From Fibrobacteria bacterium (GTDB lineage Bacteria; Fibrobacterota; Fibrobacteria; UBA11236): a stretch of 64,000 nucleotides of DNA. Location: assembly GCA_043732185.1 (NCBI GenBank), contig JAYTHY010000074.1, positions 32,001 to 96,000 on the forward strand, in the 5' to 3' direction. Shown here piece after piece: positions 10,681-18,354 of the stretch. Made by a program: the position numbers and the translations under genes. How positions within the stretch are numbered: position 1 is the first letter of the stretch; each line of letters opens with the position of its first letter. Below the pieces are notes generated by a model. The model saw only the letters and a program-made list of their open reading frames with translations, did no database searches and was not told the origin of the DNA.

Positions 10681-12217
10681 CAGAATTTGATTCCTCTTTT
10701 TTGCCGGCTTCTTCTTTTTTCGCGGGTACATCGGGCAGTATGGTTCTTCCGAGTAGCCCATCCGGAACCCAAACCCATTCCTGATTGGAATCTTCAGCTA
10801 GCAATTCGCGCGCATGGCCATACATATGCAGTTTTGCGCCCCAAATTATTTTTTCCGTCACCGTAAACGTGCCAATATGTTTGGGTGCTAGTTTAAGCAC
10901 CGCTTCGAATTTTTCCTTCTCCACCAGAATTACTTTTTCTTCGCCTTTTACAGCCATGTATTGATCCAGCACGGCCTTAAGATCCGCTTTGGACCTATCC
11001 GACATGGTGCCCCCGAACCGGGCGGCCATGATCTTCATGGCCTTCAAACGGGTTTCAATGGGAGCCACTTTAGCATGCATCGCTTCCATGGTTTTTTCAA
11101 TTTTCGCCAAGCCCGCTTTGGCGGCATCCGCATCCTTGTCCACGATAAAAATTTCGGTGTGGCAACCTTCCCCTCCCAAAGCCGCAATATGCACGTCGCC
11201 GAAAGCCTTGAAATCTCCGCCCACTACCGAGCAACCTGATGCGTCCGCCTTTACGGATTTGGCCAAAACGGAACAATTGCGCAAGGCTTTTTCCACCGTG
11301 AGCATTCCCGATTCGCATTCAATGCGTATGTCTTGGGCACCCATGATATTGATATTGCCCTTGGCAGCAATACGCCCGGTGCTGTGGCCAAAAACACCTG
11401 CTTTGATGGTCACGTCCCCTCCGTGTGACACAACCACACCAGCGTCTACGCTGCCCTCTATCAGAATGTTCCCCTGAGCTTCCACGGTAAACCCGGTGGT
11501 TACGTCGCCCAACACTTGAATGTCACCCTGGTAATGCAAGTTGCCGCTTTTAAAATCGACATCGCCCTTATGCACGTATATGACGCCAACGCAAATGGCT
11601 CCGGCAAGATGGTAAACATAGCCGCCGGTGCTAGCTATAAGGGTCAGGCCATCAGTCGAGACTTCTGTATTCACGCCCAGTTTAAACGAAACGTCTTTTC
11701 CCGGAGGCATGGGCTGGGATTTTCCGAAAATATCGCTGCCGCCATCGCCTTGCGTAGCGGGCGTTTTCACAGCCAATACATCACCCTTTTTAACTTGGTG
11801 GATATTGTCCACGTTTTTGTAATCGGCCTTGCCGTCTTTATCCAATACGGGCTTAACATCCGCATCAATTTTCAGTTTTTCCTGGATAAAGGCGTCTTTA
11901 CTGGGCTTAGGAGGTGATCCGCTGGCCACAACAATGCCGCGATCGTATTGCTTGCCGCTGATCATCCGATCCACAGCCGCCCAATCAATGCCAAAAGTGA
12001 CTCCAAGAGCGGTGAGTTTTTTGGCGATATCGTCCTGGGTCAGGGTTATACCGGCCAACACAATCGATCCCTTGATGGTCAACGTGGCTCGGATAGGCTC
12101 GGCTTTAAGTTCCAGATAGTCGGCGGCCGTGCCTACTTGTGGTGCAGGTTCGGGTTGGGCCCCCGAGGGTTGTGCCGTCTCAACTGGGGGCGATCCTTCT
12201 TTGGATGCCTCGGCCAT
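10637..12217 (-). CDS. FapA / DUF342 family (flagellar assembly protein A-like)
   Basis: 'GKADYKNVDNIHQVKKGDVLAVKTPATQG..G.DIFG', 'GDVDFKSGNL.Y.GDI.V.GDV..GF.VEA.GNI.I.G.V', C-terminal coiled coil. Confidence 0.85.
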   Translation of the reverse strand: MAEASKEGSPPVETAQPSGAQPEPAPQVGTAADYLELKAEPIRATLTIKGSIVLAGITLTQDDIAKKLTALGVTFGIDWAAVDRMISGKQYDRGIVVASGSPPKPSKDAFIQEKLKIDADVKPVLDKDGKADYKNVDNIHQVKKGDVLAVKTPATQGDGGSDIFGKSQPMPPGKDVSFKLGVNTEVSTDGLTLIASTGGYVYHLAGAICVGVIYVHKGDVDFKSGNLHYQGDIQVLGDVTTGFTVEAQGNILIEGSVDAGVVVSHGGDVTIKAGVFGHSTGRIAAKGNINIMGAQDIRIECESGMLTVEKALRNCSVLAKSVKADASGCSVVGGDFKAFGDVHIAALGGEGCHTEIFIVDKDADAAKAGLAKIEKTMEAMHAKVAPIETRLKAMKIMAARFGGTMSDRSKADLKAVLDQYMAVKGEEKVILVEKEKFEAVLKLAPKHIGTFTVTEKIIWGAKLHMYGHARELLAEDSNQEWVWVPDGLLGRTILPDVPAKKEEAGKKEESNSVTSSEHPASEAPPS

Positions 12218-12256
12218 AACTTATTATATGTCTAGGCGTCCAAAATTGACAAGACC

Positions 12257-13414
12257 TTAATGGGAGGCATCTACTAGCTGGGAAGCATTCACGAGGCGCA
12301 TACACTCTCCCGCTACAATTTCCGCCCCATTGCCAGTGCCTAATACTCTGCTAAGGCGCTCCTGGAGGGGTTCCCAAGCACGGTTCCAAGCCCAAAGATC
12401 TTGAAGAACTTTTTGAAATTTTACTTTTGTCAATTCTGCAGAAACACCCACCCATTCGGAAAATACCTCCTCTTCCAGGAGGAGATTGGGCAAGCCAAGC
12501 CGGGTGGAACGCAAAAGCCTTTTGCCAACAGCCAGCGTCAATGGATCCATTACGGCCAAAATTGCTGTAGGAACCTGACTTAAAGCGAGCTCTAGCGTCA
12601 AGGTACCTGGAAAGGCCAACGCCCAATCCGCATCCGCCAAGGCGGATTTTTTGTCGGTTTGAATTGTGACAAATGGAACAAACTTGCCTCCCTGAAACTT
12701 CCGTAGCCATTCCCGGGACATGGCTGCCAAATGAGCGGGCATAAGCACCTGAATCTCCGGCTGTGGAAATGCACAGTCAACTCCCAGCACATTCAGTTCC
12801 AGTAAACGCTCCAGCCAAACCGGTAGATTGCGACCCCACACCGGCACTCGGCTGCCAGGACAGAGAAGCAGAATGGGTCGCCTAGTCACGGGTGGCTTTG
12901 GCAATGCGGGGGCGGAGACCAGGAAGTGTCCAACCGTCACTTTTGATACAGACCCGGAAAAATATTTGGTTTCAAAGGGAAACAAAACATGCACGGAACA
13001 TCCCCGCAAGACCCGCACGGCGCGTTTGGTTCTTTGGCTTTGTGCCTGATAGGCCCAGGCTTGCGGTGGTGCTAGGTAACAGACGCGTTTACCCATGGCG
13101 TGAGCCTTGGCTGCAAGCCGCAGATTGAGGCCGGGATAATCCACCAATAATACCAGGTCAGGATGAAAATCCTTCAATACGGCCAGGGCGGTTCGATACA
13201 TGCGGAAAAGGAAAAACGCCCTACGCAAAACATCCCAGACTCCGCTTACTGCGGTTTTCTCCAATGGAAACAGGGGTGATAATCCATGCGACTCAGCTGC
13301 AGATCCACCCAATCCCCTAATCTGCAATTCGGGTAATGTTTCCCTCAGGCGTCCGAGCACGGCACCCAGCATTTCATCTCCGGAAACTTCACCAGCCGAA
13401 ACGAATATTTTCAT
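12257..13414 (-). CDS. lpxB: Lipid-A-disaccharide synthase
   Basis: MKIFVSAGEVSGD, VDYPGLNLRLA, YLAPPQAWA, LCPGSR, GTLTLELAL, GLPNLL; ATG at 13414 overlaps the stop of the upstream gene (ATGA). Confidence 0.88.
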   Translation of the reverse strand: MKIFVSAGEVSGDEMLGAVLGRLRETLPELQIRGLGGSAAESHGLSPLFPLEKTAVSGVWDVLRRAFFLFRMYRTALAVLKDFHPDLVLLVDYPGLNLRLAAKAHAMGKRVCYLAPPQAWAYQAQSQRTKRAVRVLRGCSVHVLFPFETKYFSGSVSKVTVGHFLVSAPALPKPPVTRRPILLLCPGSRVPVWGRNLPVWLERLLELNVLGVDCAFPQPEIQVLMPAHLAAMSREWLRKFQGGKFVPFVTIQTDKKSALADADWALAFPGTLTLELALSQVPTAILAVMDPLTLAVGKRLLRSTRLGLPNLLLEEEVFSEWVGVSAELTKVKFQKVLQDLWAWNRAWEPLQERLSRVLGTGNGAEIVAGECMRLVNASQLVDASH

Positions 13415-14124
13415 GCAGGGGAGGCTGGATGGACCGGCGCGGATCCCGGGAGGTTTGGATCGACTCCAATCAAAGCAGCCGACGTTTGACCCAGCAGTCC
13501 AGACGTTAAGGATGGTGCATTGTGAGGCGGAATCCAGATGGTGTTCCAATTGAATTGTTCAGCTGTTCGCAGATTGTCCAGTCGGTCATCGGCAAAATGG
13601 ATCTCTACATTTTGGCCATGGCGATTGCGTAAATAGGCATCTACTTTGACATACGACTCCGGATGCGGCTTGCCTTGCCAATCCATGAAGGCGATGTCGA
13701 AAATTCCTTGCAGTTTAGTTCCGCCTAACTGGTTTTCTGATCCAGGCAGAATGGATTCAAGCCCCATGGACTTGAGCCCGCGCACCACCCAGTCCATGCG
13801 GGCGTTGGTGAAGATGTAAATCGGATGAGGAATCCGCCCAAGCCAGGCAGTGAGATCCGAATCGACTGGAGGCAAGTGATGGTCCTCGATAGCGTGGATA
13901 AAATCACAATAATGATGCCTATCCATTCCGTGTTGTTCTTCCAACCCCTTCAAGGTAGTGCCGTATTTCTCCCACAACTGAAGCCGGGCTGCATCTGCCG
14001 CCTCAGGCGAATAGCCTAGAAAGGTTTGGATATACAAGTTGATGCGTTCATCGACGGCTTTGAGTGTCGTCAAAGTGGATGGGTACAAGGTGTAGTCGTA
14101 ATCAAGAAGTAGAATCTTGGACAC
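13411..14124 (-). CDS. HAD-superfamily hydrolase, pyrimidine 5'-nucleotidase-like
   Basis: DYDYTLY (DxD), KYGTTLKGL, IFTNA, KPHP, FADDRLDNL. Confidence 0.85.
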   Translation of the reverse strand: MSKILLLDYDYTLYPSTLTTLKAVDERINLYIQTFLGYSPEAADAARLQLWEKYGTTLKGLEEQHGMDRHHYCDFIHAIEDHHLPPVDSDLTAWLGRIPHPIYIFTNARMDWVVRGLKSMGLESILPGSENQLGGTKLQGIFDIAFMDWQGKPHPESYVKVDAYLRNRHGQNVEIHFADDRLDNLRTAEQFNWNTIWIPPHNAPSLTSGLLGQTSAALIGVDPNLPGSAPVHPASPA

Positions 14125-14125
14125 T

Positions 14126-14665
14126 TTAATTCAGTTCCAAAATGGAATTCAGCACGCCGTAGGTAAACCCCCAGATGGCTCCCGTACCCACACGTATGCA
14201 GGGAAACAGGACTTCCGGATGGTTGCCGCTCAAAGCCGCATTGCTGCGATTCACGGGGTCAAGAAGATAGCTGAGGGCCAGCCAATGGTACTCGGCGATT
14301 TCCTGATCTTGAAGAAAAAGTGGGGGCTTTTCTTCCACTTCAAATAGAAAAGGAGCAACCACCAATGGCCGCCCAAGCCAACCTCCGGCGATGGCCAATG
14401 GCAAAGGTTCAACCAGATGCCACGGTTTTAGAGCTATCCCGCACTCCTCAAAAGCCTCCCGGATGGCGGTGTCCAAGATAGCCTGGTCTTCGGTCTCACG
14501 CCGGCCTCCCGGAAGGGCAAAATGCCCGGACCAAGGGTCCTCAGGATGGACCGCACGCCTTAAAAGCAGGAATTCCGGGTCCGATCCAGACGTTCGGATC
14601 AATGCCACGGCAGCCTGGGGTTCATCCCCGGAACGGCCTTCGGATGTGATGGAGTCCTGCGACAT
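14126..14665 (-). CDS. NUDIX hydrolase (CoA pyrophosphatase-like)
   Basis: DPWSGHFALPGGRRE...TAIREAFEECGI Nudix box; IWGFT. Confidence 0.85.
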   Translation of the reverse strand: MSQDSITSEGRSGDEPQAAVALIRTSGSDPEFLLLRRAVHPEDPWSGHFALPGGRRETEDQAILDTAIREAFEECGIALKPWHLVEPLPLAIAGGWLGRPLVVAPFLFEVEEKPPLFLQDQEIAEYHWLALSYLLDPVNRSNAALSGNHPEVLFPCIRVGTGAIWGFTYGVLNSILELN

Positions 14666-14789
14666 ATTGAGATTATAAAGTATAAATTGGAGGTGTATTC
14701 GATATTAGGCAGGTTTTTAAAGGCTTCCGATGCATTCATCCGCCCCGAGCACTAAGCAAGGTGGGTAATTTTTGTTAAATTCTGCGCGC

Positions 14790-15839
14790 ATGACCAAGCT
14801 GAACATTCTAGGTATGAGCCTTCCGGACCTGGAAGCCTTGGTCGTTTCCATGGACCAGCCCGCCTTTAGGGCCAAGCAAATCCACAATTGGGTCTTTCAG
14901 AACCTGGAAACCGATTTCCGGAAAATGAGCAATTTACCCAAACCTCTAATCGAAAACTTGGACGCCACCGCAAATTGCAGCGTACTTGAGGTTAAAACCT
15001 CCCAGCTTTCCAAGGACGGCACCCTCAAATGGGTCTTTGCCACGCATGAAGGGCACTTTTTTGAAACTGTCCTCATCCCGACTGAGGACCGACGTTCCGT
15101 ATGTGTTTCATCGCAAATCGGATGTGCTATGGGATGCACCTTTTGCCGAACGGCAACCATGGGCTTTATCCGCAACCTAACTTTGGGAGAAATCCTGGAG
15201 CAGGTTCATTTTGTAACCCGCTACCTGAAAGAAAAAGAAGGTCCAACCGCGCGCGTCTCAAATGTCATATTCATGGGCATGGGTGAGCCGCTGCTTAACT
15301 TAGAGAATGTGGCTCAAGCGTGTGACACACTCAATTCTCCAGAGGGTTTTGGGATAGCGAAGGACAAAATTACCGTTTCCACCTCCGGCATCGCTCCAAA
15401 AATTCTGGAATGGGCCGTGCGCGCACCAGACTTTAAACTCGCCATCAGCCTCAACGGAAGCAATGATGCGGTGCGTTCCGAAATCATGCCAGTGAATCGC
15501 CGCTATCCCATCGAGACCTTGCTCAAAACCGCGGATGAATATATTCACATCACCGGCCAAAGGCTTACTTTTGAGTACATACTCATTAAGAACAAGACCT
15601 GCACACCGGAAGCCGCGCGCGAACTCAAACGCATCGCCGCTAACCGAAATTGCAAAATCAATTTGATTCCATTGAACCGGGGCAATCCTGAAATGGAACC
15701 GCCGTCTGATGAAGAAATTTTAGAGTTTGAAAGAATCCTGGCGCAAGGCGACTTCCAAGTCCTGCGTCGGCGACCCCGCGGGCCCGATATCTATGCGGCT
15801 TGCGGACAATTGGCCACAGAACAGAAGAAGGTAGCCTGA
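14790..15839 (+). CDS. rlmN: Radical-SAM rRNA/tRNA methyltransferase RlmN
   Basis: CVSSQIGCAMGCTFC, MGMGEPLLN, AACGQL. Confidence 0.96.
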   Translation: MTKLNILGMSLPDLEALVVSMDQPAFRAKQIHNWVFQNLETDFRKMSNLPKPLIENLDATANCSVLEVKTSQLSKDGTLKWVFATHEGHFFETVLIPTEDRRSVCVSSQIGCAMGCTFCRTATMGFIRNLTLGEILEQVHFVTRYLKEKEGPTARVSNVIFMGMGEPLLNLENVAQACDTLNSPEGFGIAKDKITVSTSGIAPKILEWAVRAPDFKLAISLNGSNDAVRSEIMPVNRRYPIETLLKTADEYIHITGQRLTFEYILIKNKTCTPEAARELKRIAANRNCKINLIPLNRGNPEMEPPSDEEILEFERILAQGDFQVLRRRPRGPDIYAACGQLATEQKKVA

Positions 15840-16447
15840 TGCTGACTCAAAACTTGCCGGAATATTGGGAAGACTTGTACAAAGCCAAAAAGGATGTGTG
15901 GGATCTGGGAAAGGTCAGTCCCATCCTGGAGGAATTTTTCAAGCATGACTCCTGCCCCAAGACGGGTCGGGTGCTGGTACCCGGCGCAGGTCGAGGCTAT
16001 GATGCCGCCGCTTGGGCGCAACGCGGACATGAAACCCTGGCCGTGGACTTTTCCCAGACCGCGTTCGCGGCGTTGAATACGCTCACAGAAAAACAGCGCA
16101 AGCTCACGGTATTGAACATCGACCTCTTTGAACTCACGCCCAAAAGCACTCAGCCCTTCGACATCATTTTTGAATACGGCTGTTTCAACTCCGTGCATCC
16201 TGGCCGTCGCGATGAATACTTCGAAGTCTGGGACAGAATGTTGCAACCAAACGGAATCGTGATCGCAGCATTCTTTCCTTTAATCCGAACCACCTCATTA
16301 GATGGTCCTCCCCATCCAACCTCCGAAGGCGAGCTCATGGCCCGTTTGGATGGAGTCTTCGACGTGCAGGAAAAGATCATCCCCAAGAAGAGCATCAAGG
16401 AACGCGTTGGCAAAGAAGAGATTTGGATACTGACCAAACCAAAATAA
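15839..16447 (+). CDS. Thiopurine/thiol-halide S-methyltransferase (TPMT family)
   Basis: WDLG..SP, VLVPGAGRGYDA, GPPH; ATG overlaps the rlmN stop. Confidence 0.8.
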   Translation: MLTQNLPEYWEDLYKAKKDVWDLGKVSPILEEFFKHDSCPKTGRVLVPGAGRGYDAAAWAQRGHETLAVDFSQTAFAALNTLTEKQRKLTVLNIDLFELTPKSTQPFDIIFEYGCFNSVHPGRRDEYFEVWDRMLQPNGIVIAAFFPLIRTTSLDGPPHPTSEGELMARLDGVFDVQEKIIPKKSIKERVGKEEIWILTKPK

Positions 16448-16459
16448 TACCGAAATCCT

Positions 16460-16492
16460 TTTAGCCCTTTGGGGTTTCCCCACAGGGCTAAA
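16460..16492. terminator. Strong hairpin after the rlmN-TPMT operon (terminator or stability stem)
   Basis: TTTAGCCCT-T-TGGGG-ttt-CCCCA-C-AGGGCTAAA inverted repeat; no clear U-tract. Confidence 0.45.
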
Positions 16493-16629
16493 CAATCGCA
16501 AACTTCCAAAACACCCTGCTAAAGCCATGGTTTCTAAGTAATTGGCCCGCAGCATCTGTACCTCCGCCACAAGTGGCGCTTGACCACAAGCCGTAGTATG
16601 CTCTAGGTCAAGGAGGCACAAGATACCCT

Positions 16630-17154
16630 ATGTCTTATTTCTCATCAAAATCCACCTGGCTGAGCCTTGTCGATTTCGCCGAACCGGAAATCAGCCCCGA
16701 TTTTCCGGCGTTGCACTACGGCACCACAACTCTGGAAAAACCCATTTCCATGACGGCGGAAGATTACGATTATATGCGCATTACGCGCGACCTTCGGCAT
16801 CGGCTGTTTTTCCATTTCAAGGAATGGGAATTTGGTCCGGCCCTGCTGGAAGACCATATCCAACTGGCGCAATCGGAATCCGAAATCGAAGAAATCCTCG
16901 CCCACTATTGTCATGCCCGTCACGTTGCTGTTACCCTCGTCACTCGCAACTGCCAGCCCTTCTATCTTATCGCATGGTTGGAAACCGATCAAAAAATTGC
17001 GGAGATGCATAAACATCTCGGCAATATCGACAGCTGCGCGCTCTATGCAAAAGAAGGGTTGAACACGATAAAGAAAAATAAATTCGCACCAGCTTTGGAC
17101 ATGCGCATCACAAAACTTGCCATTCAGTTTCGCGAAATGCTTGGACTTTCATAA
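16630..17154 (+). CDS. Hypothetical protein
   Basis: 174-aa ORF filling an intergenic gap, AGGAGG upstream; no recognised motif. Confidence 0.6.
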   Translation: MSYFSSKSTWLSLVDFAEPEISPDFPALHYGTTTLEKPISMTAEDYDYMRITRDLRHRLFFHFKEWEFGPALLEDHIQLAQSESEIEEILAHYCHARHVAVTLVTRNCQPFYLIAWLETDQKIAEMHKHLGNIDSCALYAKEGLNTIKKNKFAPALDMRITKLAIQFREMLGLS

Positions 17155-17232
17155 TTTCCACATGGCGGCAGCCATCTTTACCGGAATCCGACTTCGTAGA
17201 CAAATGAGAGGGGCCGAATTGTGGTATAATAA

Positions 17233-18315
17233 ATGCGTCTCATGCAATCACCACGCATTATCATCGCCGATGATTCAATAGTTGTTCGAATGATATTGAA
17301 TCGCCTGTTGACAGCCGACCTACACGCGGAAGTCATCATGGCAGCCAATGGCGAAATTGTTTTGGAAAAAACAGCTGCGATGCTGCCGGATCTGGTGATT
17401 TTAGACGTGGAAATGCCAAGGATGAATGGGCTGGACACGCTGCGAACTTTGCGCAAACTGCATCCCCGTCTGCCCATTATCATGTTGAGCGCCGTGACCG
17501 AAGTGGATGCCGGGGTCACTATTTAAGCACTGTCTCTTGGGGCCACCGACTTCCTAAGCAAAGAGGGACATTTTAAAACCGGCGATGTCCCCATAGCCTA
17601 TCTCCGAAAGGAATTGATTCCAAAAATAACCGGGCTTCTTGAATCAAACTACCACGGCAAATCTACCGCCCCTACCCGCCCTTTAAGCCCAGACTCCCAC
17701 GTCCACATTCACAAAACTTTGGCCTCCAGCCCGAAGGCGCTCCACTCTATTTCGATTTTAACCGTAGCAGTTTCTACGGGCGGTCCATTAACTTTAGAGC
17801 GCATATTGAGCGCCTTGCCGGCGAGTTTAAGTATCCCGATTGTCATTGTCCAGCATATCCCCGCCGAGTTTTCCGGTCAGCTTGCTTTGAGCCTCGCAAA
17901 AAAATGCAGCATTAAAATCATGCATTGCCAGGACGGAATGGAGTTGGAAAAGGGCTGCGCCTATGTAGCGCAGGGCGGTCTGCATATGGAGGTTCGCAAA
18001 GAACTGAATCGGTTTTATCTTAAAATGCATTCAGGACCGCCCGAGAACTCTTGCCGACCCTCCGGGGATGTGCTTTTTCGTTCGGTTGCCATGGCCTTCG
18101 GCCCAAAAGTATTGGCTTTGGTTCTAACCGGAATGGGGCAAGATGGCCTTAAAGGCTGCGAAGCCATTAAAGGTATCGGCGGCTATGTTTTAGTCCAGGA
18201 TGAAGCCAGCAGCGTTGTATGGGGCATGCCCGGCGCCGTTTTCAAGGCCGGCCTTGCAGATGAAATATTGCCTCTGGAAAAAATCGCTGGCCGAATCCTG
18301 GCCCTATTGGAGTAA
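17233..18315 (+). pseudogene. cheB: Chemotaxis methylesterase CheB interrupted by an in-frame TAA at 17524-17526
   Basis: REC (ADDS, LDVEMPRMNG) reads '...GVTI*ALSLGATDFLSK...' in one frame into the esterase domain (VSTGGP, VQHIP, RPSGD.LF, LTGMGQDG, SSVVWGMP). Confidence 0.88.
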
Positions 18316-18354
18316 CCCAAAAGGCCAGGCAAGCGCCAACAGCAATGCTTCAGC

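Noticed and set aside
13415..13549. N-terminal extension of lpxB in the ORF track (and similar extensions of purB, PIF1 and the 55103 methyltransferase)
   Set aside because: Conserved sequence begins at downstream ATGs, and most of the extensions overlap neighbouring genes
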